Shown: in pieces, positions 46,888 through 56,317 of the stretch
Layout: each line of letters begins with the position of its first letter
Position numbering within the stretch: position 1 is the first letter of the stretch
Source of the DNA: an uncultured Clostridium sp.
GTDB lineage: Bacteria > Bacillota_I > Bacilli_A > Acholeplasmatales > Anaeroplasmataceae
Length of the DNA: 64,000 nucleotides
Direction of reading: 5' to 3'
NCBI GenBank assembly: GCA_946540005.1
Contig: CAMNHY010000002.1
Location: 2,780 to 66,779, forward strand
Translations under genes and position numbers: made by a program
The notes under the pieces: model-generated
Databases searched by the model: none
Told to the model about the DNA's origin: nothing
Seen by the model: the letters and a program-made list of their open reading frames with translations, nothing else

Positions 46888-46916
46888 AATATAACCCCCC
46901 CCCCGCATTTTGTCAA
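46888..46916 (-). promoter_or_regulatory. Sigma-70-type promoter TTGACA-17 nt-TATATT with a G10 tract inside the spacer
   Basis: Minus strand reads TTGACA AAATGCGGGGGGGGGGT TATATT. The -35 is at 46911..46916 and the -10 at 46888..46893. The element lies about 30 nt upstream of the RBS of the zinc-ribbon gene. Confidence 0.7.
46895..46904 (-). repeat. Homopolymeric G10 (C10 on the plus strand) tract
   Basis: Read directly: ataaCCCCCCCCCCgcat. It is the only long G/C homopolymer I saw in this AT-rich window. Confidence 0.95.
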
Positions 46917-47089
46917 GAATTTTGAAAAAATCATTTATATGTCATTTCAATTCATTTGTTTTAATTCTATCCTAAAGAAAAAAAGTCTATCTAGTATTAC
47001 CTAGATAGACTCATAGAATGAATTAATTTTTATTATCTTTTGAGTTATATGTTAATAAAGCTTGAACCTTCCATTCTTCTTTATAATTA

Positions 47090-47707
47090 TTATACCAACT
47101 CATTCATTAAACCTCCCTCATAAATGTTTTTATAAACAACATTAGGATATAAAGAAATATATTTTTTTACTATATCAAAATTGATACCAACTTTTTTTAC
47201 ATATTCTCTTAGTTTTCTTTTATATTCATCTCCACTTAGTTCAGAGTATTTATCAATTATACACATCAAATCTAAAAACTCTAATTCTCTTACATTATCA
47301 TTTGTTATTAATGCTAAAGGTTTATAAATAACAAGCTTATTCCCTCCAACATCTAGTTTACGCATTTTTGTTGTTGCATCATTAGAACATATTCCATATA
47401 CACTAGGATTTTGTGAAGTGAATCCATATTTATTTACTAAAGCTATCCCTGTATAAAAACCAATTATCCTGCCATCAACAAAAAGGTATTTCTTTTCAAT
47501 ATATCTATCAATTGATACTTTTCCTTCAGTTCCTAGTATTGTTTTATATGGCAAATAATATACACCATTATATAATCTTACTAGTTTTTTTTCATCGGTT
47601 AATCTTTTCATTTCATGTCTAACCACATCATTAGTTGATCCAGGAACTTCGCTTAAAAATATGGGCTCTCCTTTTTTATAATTATTAATGATGTATTCAT
47701 AAATCAT
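47090..47707 (-). CDS. AbiEi-antitoxin-like / DUF6088-like wHTH protein (orphan)
   Basis: 205 aa. The N-terminal pattern F...EV......VRHEMKRLTDEKKLVRLYNGVYYLP resembles the AbiEi/DUF6088 N-terminal wHTH (xL.rL...G.l.rl.rGvY). No cognate nucleotidyltransferase toxin gene is adjacent. Confidence 0.35.
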   Translation of the reverse strand: MIYEYIINNYKKGEPIFLSEVPGSTNDVVRHEMKRLTDEKKLVRLYNGVYYLPYKTILGTEGKVSIDRYIEKKYLFVDGRIIGFYTGIALVNKYGFTSQNPSVYGICSNDATTKMRKLDVGGNKLVIYKPLALITNDNVRELEFLDLMCIIDKYSELSGDEYKRKLREYVKKVGINFDIVKKYISLYPNVVYKNIYEGGLMNELV

Positions 47708-48049
47708 AATCTCACCTCACAAATTAGAAATATAATATTTCAATTTTGTTATAATATATTTTTGATTATTATTCAAGATGAAACGGAGTATAAAAAACTT
47801 GCCTGTAACATATTTTACAAACAAGTTTTCCTGTTTAAATTTTATTATATTTAACAAGGCAACATATTGTTTCCACTTGGGAAAATGATTTAGGAATTTT
47901 TTCTATACAATAAGTCAAGTTTTTATCTATCATATATAATTCATTTAACATAAGCAATAAAGCAAGTGCTTTTCTACTAAAAAATAGTACCACTTGCGGT
48001 TATTACTTTATTAATAAAAACTAAACTTAGAATTAAAATTTATATAATT

Positions 48050-48511
48050 TTAAAATAATTCCGGTTTAGAAAACCATTTCAAAAAATCAATTTCTATATT
48101 ATAAATATGGTTATCAATTATATCCTTCACTTCTTTAGAACTATTGTTATAGTAAATATATATAATTATAGGCCCAACAAAATCATACCCATTCTTATCT
48201 CCATAACAACTATCAAATTCTACTATTTCATTTGCTGATGTAATATATTTAAATTCATCATCATTACATAGATAAATATCATTATATGAAAATGCAAAAT
48301 AAAATATTCCATTATATTCATTTGGGCATTCTAAACTCCACACAAATCTAGATGAATCTTCATCAATATATAGAGAATGTGTAATTCTATTACCATTTAC
48401 ATCCAATGAACGAGTTGCATTAATTTGGCATGCAGTCTCACGTTCTAAGTTGTTATCACAACTACATAAAGTCAATAATAAAATGACAAATACTAACATT
48501 TTTCTTTTCAT
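48050..48511 (-). CDS. Small lipoprotein, function unknown
   Basis: 153 aa with a signal peptide and the lipobox LTLCSCD. Confidence 0.6.
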   Translation of the reverse strand: MKRKMLVFVILLLTLCSCDNNLERETACQINATRSLDVNGNRITHSLYIDEDSSRFVWSLECPNEYNGIFYFAFSYNDIYLCNDDEFKYITSANEIVEFDSCYGDKNGYDFVGPIIIYIYYNNSSKEVKDIIDNHIYNIEIDFLKWFSKPELF

Positions 48512-48588
48512 ACTAGCTCCACTCCTAGTAATTAAATATATTATAATCTAATAAGACAATTCCACCAAATCCAGTCCATGCACTTAAA

Positions 48589-49063
48589 TCAAAATACCTG
48601 ATAGTCTAATTGATTTATCCAATCTACCATCTTCATTGGATGTTCTTCTATTGCTTGTAATTCTGCATAATCTAAGTACATAGATACTAATCTATTTAAT
48701 ATTAGTACCTATATTACTTTTAACTCTATATCCAACAGCAATTATCATATCTAAATTATAATAAGCTACGTTATATATTTTCCCATCTAGGGCAGTAGTT
48801 CGATAAAATCGAACAACTGAATTTTTATCTAATTCCTCTTCCTTTAATATATTATTTATATGGAAACTCATTGTTGATTTTGAAATATTAAATAACTCAC
48901 ACAACTGTTTTTGACTTAGCCAAACTGTATTATTTTCAATTTTTACTTCAATTTTATCTTTTCCATCCTCAGTTTTATATATTACAATATTGCCCATTTT
49001 CTCATCCATAATATCACCAATTCTTTCTAACAATATTATGTCATGTTTATTATTCATAAACAA
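48589..49063 (-). pseudogene. rhuM: rhuM-family (virulence RhuM-like) pseudogene with a large internal deletion and a frameshift
   Basis: The N-terminal part (GNIVIYKTEDGKDKIEVKIENNTVWLSQKQLCELFNISKSTMSFHINNILKEEELDKNSVVRFYRTTALDGKIYNVAYYNLDMIIAVGYRVKS) matches the RhuM N-terminus and stops at 48692. Immediately after, in another frame (48589..48690), LVSMYLDYAELQAIEEHPMKMVDWINQLDYQVF matches the RhuM C-terminal region. The roughly 150 intervening residues are missing. Confidence 0.75.
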
Positions 49064-49553
49064 CGTTTAGTTTACTCTTTGTAAACATCGAGAACAAATA
49101 AAATTCCTATGATTAATTTACCATAGGATTTGCTATTATTTACAGTATATTAAATTCTACGTAGTATTTTAAATAAGTAAAATTGAATAGTTTATAGCGT
49201 TTGTAAATGTCAATAATAATTTCATCAATGATTTTTTGTTGAAAGTCTAGCTTAGATTCATAGTTGTAAATAAACAACAAATTATTAGTTCACTAACGAT
49301 TTAATAGATACTATTAATTATAAAAATCTTTATTTTAATTTTACCCTAATTTACTTCTTTAATCTAGTTATAAACCCTATGTCGTTTTATGCATAAGTAT
49401 TGTATGTTAATGTTCTTATATAGAATGTATTACCTACTTATATTTTATTAGCATATTCAATTTACTAAATGAAAACTAATAATGTATCTTATAACTCAAT
49501 TTATGATGAAGATTATATGCCTATTTAACTTTAGCAGTGACTAGTTCATAAGG

Positions 49554-49605
49554 CAACAAAAAAAGGCTTAAATACCAAAACTTCAGTATTTAAGTCGCTT
49601 TTTTA
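49554..49605. terminator. Bidirectional-looking hairpin terminator (A-run, 9-bp stem, T-run) in a gene-poor stretch
   Basis: AAAAAAAGG-CTTAAATAC-caaaacttca-GTATTTAAG-TCGCTTTTTT (stem 49567-49575 / 49586-49594). Confidence 0.45.
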
Positions 49606-49986
49606 ACATTTTATTTAGCATCATTGCAAATTAGAGGTGTGATCGACTCACCAATGTGCTCAAAGATTAGTGACTTTGGAAAATAATCAACCCAAAAATC
49701 CAGTTATTTATCATCTTTTTTGGAAGCGTTCCTTATACCATTTTATAAATTCAAGAGTCGCATCAGTTCTACAATCAGGTCTACTCATTCTTTCTTCATC
49801 AGTCATTTCAGCCATAGTCCTTGTACAATTTAATGGAATAAATACATATCATAAATTTGATTTAGCCTTATTATTTTCATGGCACTTAAACTCAGTTGAT
49901 ATTCTTCCTTTCTTTATCCCATTAAATCGAAAAAATCCTTTTCTAAGAATGCTCTTTTCTCAATTAAGCAAGTTCTAAATTAAAAT

Positions 49987-52900
49987 TTATTTATTAGAAT
50001 TTAAAATACCTTTTAATGTTATTTTTAATTGAGTATAATCTCTTGCGCATTCTCTAGGAATAAACAAAAGCTTAATATTGTGTTTTTCGCACATTTTCTT
50101 CTTATAATTATCTCTTTCAATTACATCTTGTCTACTTCTATGTTCAGGGCCATTTAACTCAATAATGGCTACAATCTTGTTATAATTAAATGCTCTTTCA
50201 TATATAACAAAATCGAAGCTTTGAGTATAATATAATCTATTTATAGTCGTATCATTTTTAAAGACATTTTTCATCTCAACTTCTTGTCTAACATAGCATT
50301 GTGTACTAATAACTGAGAATAGTTGGTCAATAGTCTCTTTAAAATCATTTTCTGATTTTGAAGATATTTCTCTAGTCCCAAGTGCTTCAGATTTAGGAGA
50401 TACATTTGTTACATTACACTGTCCATTAGTCTTAACATAATCAAATAATTCTCTCATATCATCTACACCTTTAGATAATTTTTTAACGGCATTGAGTGAA
50501 CCTAGCACCACTAACTTATCTTTTGATCTAGAGATAGCAACATTTATTAATTCTCTATTATTTTTTAACCATTCATATGTTTTTTCATAAGTGTTTTTTG
50601 TAATGGCTGTAGAAAATAAAATGACATTCTTTTGATCACCTTGGAATGCATGTACCGTACCAACATTTACATTTTGAATACCATTAATTTTTAAATAATG
50701 CTCGATGCAATCTTTTTGATGTACAAATGGAGTTATTACTCCAATATCTTCATTTGGATGTCCTTTTACATATTCAACTATCTTTTGAGCTTCTATGTTA
50801 GATACATTCTTTTGTGGCTCATTATTCTTTTCATCATCAATACTTGTATCTAATAATACTAATGGATTAGCTTCTCTAGATTTACTTCTAAGTTTTAATC
50901 TATTGTTGTAATATTTTTTATTGCAAAACGCAATAATTTTATCATTACAACGGTAGTGATAAGATAATAATGTTTCTTTATTAATAACGTCTATTGTTGC
51001 AAATGTAGTATAAATTGAATTATTAATATAATTATATTCATCAGCTACTCTAAATTTATCCATTAATTTTTTATTAATAGTAGGGTCTAATACCACTACA
51101 GGTCTTAATTGTTGTGGATCTCCAACAAGTACAATTCTTTCGCCACGTAAAATTGAAATTAATGCATTTGCAATATTACATTGTCCTGCCTCATCCATTA
51201 AGACATAATCAAATTGAGTCTTAGGACTTCCTAAATAAGTTGCGCTCATATTTGTTGTAATGATTATTGGGAATATTTCTTGGAAAGCTTTCAAATTAGA
51301 ATCATCAATTAAATAATCTTTAAAAGCTTTAATCCTTCTATTTTTATCATCCTCAGATTCAACTGGCATTTGTAATATATCTCTAAGAGTTGAATATTTA
51401 TTTCTATTAATCTTCTTTAATCTTTGAACAGTATCAAAATGAATAGACATAAATAATCTTCTAAAATCTATATTCATTAATTCCTTAAGCTTATCATCAT
51501 CTACTTCTATATGACCTAATTCATTTAATTCTTTTCTAACTTCTGCAATTTGAGCATCAAGTCTTATCTTCATCCATTCATCTTTAGTCTTTTCAATTAA
51601 TGCGTTTATAGCTTCAATTTTAGATAATAGTTCTTGTTGATGTTCATACTTTTCAAGAAGTTCTGTTAATCCTCTCATGGCAGCTTTACGCTCATTTTTT
51701 ATGTTTTGAATTGCATTCTCGTCAGCTTTTAAACCTGATGCACGCTCAATCATCTCATTAATATAATCTAGCGCTTCATTAATAGATTCAAAATTTCCAA
51801 TTCTAATTGCAGGAAATAATAATGGTACATTTTCTTTATACTTTAAAGATTTAATATCTTCGAATACTCCATCCATTGGAATATTATTGTTAGAAGTAAC
51901 TAAAGCGGTCTTATCGTTATAATAAATAGTTAAAATAAGATTTAATAATGTTTGAGTTTTTCCTGTACCAGGTGGACCTTGTACATATGATGCCGCAGAT
52001 TTCATTGCGCCATCGATTGCGTTTATTTGATCTATATTATATTTATCATCTACTACATATATTGGATAATTAATTTTTCTAACATTCTTAGGATTAGGAT
52101 TCCCAAAGAATGTATCTATAGGTATAGACATAGTTTCGGGATTAGAAATCATCTCTCTAATACCATTAAACTGTTCTCTTATATCGATAATAATATTTTT
52201 TGCTAAATAAACAATATATGGCTTAGAATCTAATATATTCTTATATGGCTTATTAGCATTATTGTTGTATTCTTGAATGATATTATGAATTTTTTGTTCA
52301 TTAGCGTCAAAATTTTCTAAAATGTTTAATGCATCTTCTGGAATAAATTTTGATATAGAATATATATTCTTGCTTTCAGTTTTACTAGAATCAAATGAAA
52401 ATTCCCTATTAATTATTGTATCCTTTGATGGAATTAAACATCTATTTTTAATATCTAATTTTAATTCTCTATATGCAAGTACATAAAGTCCTTTATCTGT
52501 TTCAATTGATAATCTATTCAAAGCTAAAATGGTTTCTATTTTATTATTTTTCTTTTTATCTTTCTTATTCATTAAAGCTAAGGATAATTCTTTAAATTGA
52601 TCTTCAGATAATTGATATTTATCATTTTCTAAAATTGTATCATTATCTATACCCTTAACTAAACCATATTGGCTTTTATATGGAACATTATCTAATTTGA
52701 AGCATTCTTCATAATAATCTAATATATCATCTCTATCCATATTGTATTGCAAGAATGCATAACTTTCAGGATATTTTGCTAAATTATCTAATAATTTTTT
52801 AGGTGTTACATGATATGTACCTTCAATTGCTTCAGCTGACAATATACCAGAATAATATATTTGTCTTCCTTCAGTCGATTCATTATACATAATATTAAAT

Positions 52901-53106
52901 GAATCAATATCAAATAATTCTAATCTATAATTGATATCATTTATACCAACCATAAAAGAAGTGATTTGATCACTCTTATTTTTATATTTAATTTTTAACC
53001 ATAAATTTTGATTTATAGCTTTACTAATCTCTCTAGAAATTGAATTATAATTAATATTTTCACTATCAATTTCTTCATTTGAATCTTTCTCTTTGACTTC
53101 TATCAT
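49987..53106 (-). CDS. SF1 (Upf1/DNA2-like) helicase fused to a C-terminal Vsr/DUF559/DUF2726-type endonuclease fold; Hhe-like defense candidate
   Basis: 1039 aa. Helicase motifs: I VQGPPGTGKTQT, II LMDEAGQC, III LVGDPQQLRPV, IV SYHYRC, V VHAFQGDQKNVILFS, VI INVAISRSKDKLVVLG. The C-terminus reads FDFVIY...VAIIELNGPEHRSRQDVIERDNYKKKMCEKHNIKLLFIP, an (D)-ExxG-H-D-K REase-like pattern. The first ~350 aa are unassigned. Confidence 0.8.
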   Translation of the reverse strand: MIEVKEKDSNEEIDSENINYNSISREISKAINQNLWLKIKYKNKSDQITSFMVGINDINYRLELFDIDSFNIMYNESTEGRQIYYSGILSAEAIEGTYHVTPKKLLDNLAKYPESYAFLQYNMDRDDILDYYEECFKLDNVPYKSQYGLVKGIDNDTILENDKYQLSEDQFKELSLALMNKKDKKKNNKIETILALNRLSIETDKGLYVLAYRELKLDIKNRCLIPSKDTIINREFSFDSSKTESKNIYSISKFIPEDALNILENFDANEQKIHNIIQEYNNNANKPYKNILDSKPYIVYLAKNIIIDIREQFNGIREMISNPETMSIPIDTFFGNPNPKNVRKINYPIYVVDDKYNIDQINAIDGAMKSAASYVQGPPGTGKTQTLLNLILTIYYNDKTALVTSNNNIPMDGVFEDIKSLKYKENVPLLFPAIRIGNFESINEALDYINEMIERASGLKADENAIQNIKNERKAAMRGLTELLEKYEHQQELLSKIEAINALIEKTKDEWMKIRLDAQIAEVRKELNELGHIEVDDDKLKELMNIDFRRLFMSIHFDTVQRLKKINRNKYSTLRDILQMPVESEDDKNRRIKAFKDYLIDDSNLKAFQEIFPIIITTNMSATYLGSPKTQFDYVLMDEAGQCNIANALISILRGERIVLVGDPQQLRPVVVLDPTINKKLMDKFRVADEYNYINNSIYTTFATIDVINKETLLSYHYRCNDKIIAFCNKKYYNNRLKLRSKSREANPLVLLDTSIDDEKNNEPQKNVSNIEAQKIVEYVKGHPNEDIGVITPFVHQKDCIEHYLKINGIQNVNVGTVHAFQGDQKNVILFSTAITKNTYEKTYEWLKNNRELINVAISRSKDKLVVLGSLNAVKKLSKGVDDMRELFDYVKTNGQCNVTNVSPKSEALGTREISSKSENDFKETIDQLFSVISTQCYVRQEVEMKNVFKNDTTINRLYYTQSFDFVIYERAFNYNKIVAIIELNGPEHRSRQDVIERDNYKKKMCEKHNIKLLFIPRECARDYTQLKITLKGILNSNK

Positions 53107-53334
53107 AATAATACCTATAAATAATTCTTTAATTATATATAATATACCACATTTTAAGTTAATCTCAAAACGTATTCGACAAAATTTGATAAATTATAAA
53201 ACTCTATTCTATATAAAAAACATTCTGCAAATCTAACAGAATGTGGTAATTAATTTGTAATAACTTTAGTTATTTAACTTAGATAGTATAGATTATACAT
53301 TTTTAATTTATTTTTTTGATATTTACACGTATAA

Positions 53335-53373
53335 ATAAAAAAGAGTGTTTTATCATTAAGACTAAACACTCTT
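53335..53373 (-). terminator. Rho-independent terminator ending the cas operon
   Basis: 10-bp perfect stem AAGAGTGTTT / AAACACTCTT (53341-53350 / 53364-53373), followed on the minus strand by TTTTTATTTAT. Confidence 0.7.
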
Positions 53374-53402
53374 ACGTTGTATTAAATTTTTTATAGAAAT
53401 AT

Positions 53403-54836
53403 TTATTTTAATAAGAATTTATTACTATAACCAACTTTACCATTAAATAGTCTAGTAATTTTATCTAAGTCTTTATTTTCAGCAAAATAATTTGGATGAT
53501 TTATTACGCAATTTTTAACCGGATTTGCTAATAAATCTGTAAAATCATCATTATTTAAATAAAGTTTAGTGCATTGCACAAGACACGAACCATATCCATA
53601 AGGCTTACCATGTCCTATCTTTTGAAAATGATTTGAATCATTTCCTAATTCTATTGAAAAGATAAGTTTATCTAATTCTTCTTTAGTTAGATTTTCAAAA
53701 TAAATCTTACCATTAAAAATTACATTACTTTCATCAGATATATATTCAAAATAACCTACAACATTATCATTATTTTTAGCAACTTTACCATTGTAAGATT
53801 TAAAATTTAAATAATACTTTCTTCCAGCTAAACCTGGATTATCATCAAACTGATTAATAATATAATTTTTACCATTTTCAGGATGAGGATTTAAAGTAAC
53901 TAATTCGGTATAATCTTTTTTAACTTTACTATTAATTGGGGCTAAGAAATCAGTAAATCTTACTCTTGAAGATAGTGATGATTCGTTTGAAATATATCCA
54001 AATAGACTACATGCTGGGCATAAAGCGTTATCTGCTGTACATTTCAAGGAATCTCCAATTAAATCATTTAGACTATATTTTAGTTCTTCACGTGAAATAG
54101 ATAAATATATTTTTTTATCTCTCTTTGTATAATATGCAGGAATCCAAAAATGATTTTTTTCTTTTAATAAATTATATAAGTGCAAATTTTGCTCATCTAA
54201 ATTAATTGATTTTTCAAAAAACTTTTGTAGTTCTTCCGGTTGTTGGCAATTAATTTTAATAAATTTCCCAACAAAATTAAAGTATTGTATACCATCACTT
54301 TTAGAAAAAACCATCTTATGATTATTATCCTGTGAATAATATATTTGTTTCTTGTGATTGTATGTAAGGTTGGTTTTATATTCAATATAATCCTCGTAGT
54401 GTTTATTTCTTCTTAAATCTATCAATTTATTATCACTTGTACAATCAATTTGAATAGAATTATATACACCTTTTAATTTTCCCTTTTCAAATTCAACCAA
54501 ACATTCATTTGCGTAGATATTATCAAGATGTAAATCATTATTTACTGAGGATAAACATGAATTTGTAATTGTTTCAAAAACATTTCTAACAATACCTTTT
54601 ACTTCAGAACCTGGAATTGCATACTGTGAACCAATTTTAAATAGTTCATATTTTCCATTTATATTATTTCCAGGTATTATAAGTCTTGATTTAGGAGTTA
54701 TTGATGCTTCAATATAACCTGATAATGTACCTTTTGTATATTGACTTCTAATTACTTTCTTTAAAGGAATAAAATCATATGGATTAGTATTCTCTTGAGG
54801 TCTTTTAAATATCCTATTATTGTTTGCATATCTCAT
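53403..54836 (-). CDS. Type III RAMP protein (Cas7-like with a large insertion and CxxC element; Csm5/Cmr6/Csx10-type not resolvable by eye)
   Basis: 477 aa. RAMP hallmarks: AIPGSEVKGIVRNVFE, CPACSLFG, and the G-rich loop IGHGKPYGYGSC. RBS AGGGAGG precedes the start. Confidence 0.7.
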   Translation of the reverse strand: MRYANNNRIFKRPQENTNPYDFIPLKKVIRSQYTKGTLSGYIEASITPKSRLIIPGNNINGKYELFKIGSQYAIPGSEVKGIVRNVFETITNSCLSSVNNDLHLDNIYANECLVEFEKGKLKGVYNSIQIDCTSDNKLIDLRRNKHYEDYIEYKTNLTYNHKKQIYYSQDNNHKMVFSKSDGIQYFNFVGKFIKINCQQPEELQKFFEKSINLDEQNLHLYNLLKEKNHFWIPAYYTKRDKKIYLSISREELKYSLNDLIGDSLKCTADNALCPACSLFGYISNESSLSSRVRFTDFLAPINSKVKKDYTELVTLNPHPENGKNYIINQFDDNPGLAGRKYYLNFKSYNGKVAKNNDNVVGYFEYISDESNVIFNGKIYFENLTKEELDKLIFSIELGNDSNHFQKIGHGKPYGYGSCLVQCTKLYLNNDDFTDLLANPVKNCVINHPNYFAENKDLDKITRLFNGKVGYSNKFLLK

Positions 54837-54840
54837 ACTA

Positions 54841-55146
54841 TTATTCCTCCCTTAGCAAAAAAGGTGCAGTAGAAGTTATATATAAAATACCATCCGAATT
54901 AAAATTATAATAATTCCTCATGATATATTTATTTATACCTGAATCATTCTTAAAGTTTGGATTAATCAAAATTGTTTCATCAAAGAATTTTTCATCTTTG
55001 ACTAAAGATATTAATCCATAACCTTTGACATAATGATAAGACTTTTCACTATCGAAGACATAAGCCTCAAGTACATCTGATTCAAATTCAGATATTTCTT
55101 TGTTAATAAATTCTATTTTATCTAAATAATATATTAAACTTACCAT
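54841..55146 (-). CDS. Small (101 aa) protein of unknown function embedded in the type III effector operon
   Basis: Strong RBS (AAAGGAGG, 6-nt spacer). It is separated by only 1-4 nt from both flanking RAMP genes. It is not obviously all-helical, so it does not look like a typical Cas11. Confidence 0.65.
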   Translation of the reverse strand: MVSLIYYLDKIEFINKEISEFESDVLEAYVFDSEKSYHYVKGYGLISLVKDEKFFDETILINPNFKNDSGINKYIMRNYYNFNSDGILYITSTAPFLLREE

Positions 55147-55147
55147 A

Positions 55148-56317
55148 TTATGCCTCCTTTAATGAACTAATTAATTCATTTATTTCAACACCAATAAGAG
55201 ATATATCCCCAATATTTTCAAATATTCCTCTTCCAATTGATGCTTCTCCACCTAGATTTACTAATCCAGCGCCAATATCTCTAAGTGCAAGATAATACAA
55301 TGCTGCAATAACTTTATTGCCGCCTCTAATTCTTACACTCAATGTTCCTATAGAGTTTTCCGTAGGTACAAATACTTTTTCAGTAATTAGTGCCCCATCT
55401 ATTACAGCCCCACTAAAATGATCAATCTTATTACGCGTAATTATCTCATTTTTTCCATCTAAATATAATTCATCAACAACCGTTTTCTTAATTTCATCTT
55501 TTAAAGAATCTAAGTCTATATTCTTTAGTTTTGGCGCATACACATCAATGATTCTATGCTGTAATACACCATTAATTGATGTTCCAGGAACTAAAGCCCT
55601 ATTATTATTTCCCATCAATTGAGAATAATCATAGTCTAGAATCTCGCTATATTCTCTAACGATTAGTGGACTAATAAGCTTTACTTTTAAACTTAATAAA
55701 ATATCACCATCAGTTATTAAATTACTATTAATTTGATTAATCAAATCATTTTGATTTAATTCTTCTCCACAGAAATTCATATAGTCATGATAATCTTTAA
55801 TTTCCTTGAAGTATAAATGTGTAATCTTTTGTATACCATAACCACGATTTTGCTTATAACCTAATCTAAATAAACCAGATTGGATATTATTAGCTACATC
55901 AATAATAGCTTCTTGAACATCTATAAGATTATTATTTACATCATATTCAATAAAGAATGACCACTCTTGATTATCTAAAATGACCTCTGTGTCATATTTA
56001 GCTCCCTTTACAGTTCTTTTATTACTATCTAATTGAATACCATCTCTTGTAGATTCTTTTACATCAGCTGTAAATATACCATCAGAAATAAATAATCTAG
56101 ATTCATCTTTAATCTCTTTAGCATCTGTAACAATACCGAATACATTTTTACTATATTTACTCTTAGAAAAGAATGAACCAGCAATTGAGGATGCAGGAAT
56201 AAAAGGAGTATTATCAGAATATCTAATAATATCATGATCAGTATTAGATGAATAAGCTGCTCCAATTGATAATGTTGACTTATTAGTAAGTACAAATCTA
56301 TATATTAGTTTATGCAT
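55148..56317 (-). CDS. Type III double-RAMP protein (Cas7-Cas7 fusion)
   Basis: I prefer the ATG at 56317 (MHKLIYRF), with AGGAAGGA about 8 nt upstream; the track start is 56326. There are two RAMP modules. The first has FIPASSIAGSFF with G-loop LGYKQNRGYG. The second has LVPGTSINGVLQHR with G-loop LGGEASIGRGIFE. Confidence 0.75.
   Translation of the reverse strand: MHKLIYRFVLTNKSTLSIGAAYSSNTDHDIIRYSDNTPFIPASSIAGSFFSKSKYSKNVFGIVTDAKEIKDESRLFISDGIFTADVKESTRDGIQLDSNKRTVKGAKYDTEVILDNQEWSFFIEYDVNNNLIDVQEAIIDVANNIQSGLFRLGYKQNRGYGIQKITHLYFKEIKDYHDYMNFCGEELNQNDLINQINSNLITDGDILLSLKVKLISPLIVREYSEILDYDYSQLMGNNNRALVPGTSINGVLQHRIIDVYAPKLKNIDLDSLKDEIKKTVVDELYLDGKNEIITRNKIDHFSGAVIDGALITEKVFVPTENSIGTLSVRIRGGNKVIAALYYLALRDIGAGLVNLGGEASIGRGIFENIGDISLIGVEINELISSLKEA

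Noticed and set aside
17733-46908. Relaxase, integrase/recombinase, DDE transposase or flanking att direct repeats that would delimit an ICE.
   Set aside because: No ORF shows relaxase (HxH, Y motifs), tyrosine/serine recombinase or DDE signatures. I could not identify flanking direct repeats by eye, so I do not call element boundaries.
47708-48049. Possible small RNA or terminator hairpin (GCAAGTG...CACTTGC around 47960-48000) and tRNA-like sequences in the intergenic regions 47708-48049 and 49064-49670.
   Set aside because: I found only short imperfect stems. No cloverleaf, conserved tRNA boxes or convincing structured-RNA signature could be found by eye.
49670-49978. 102-aa plus-strand ORF in the gene-poor stretch. 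Also a 34-codon minus-strand ORF at about 49700-49860 (MAEMTDEERMSRPDCRTDATLEFIKWYKERFQKR).
   Set aside because: The plus ORF has no RBS, a GTG-type start and low-complexity hydrophobic content. The minus ORF has only a poorly spaced AAGGA. Both are more likely noise or gene remnants in a decayed region.
31097-56295. Short minus-strand ORFs nested out of frame inside larger genes (31097-31291, 54197-54385, 56059-56295).
   Set aside because: They overlap the VirD4-like and RAMP genes in alternative frames. They have no RBS and no motifs.
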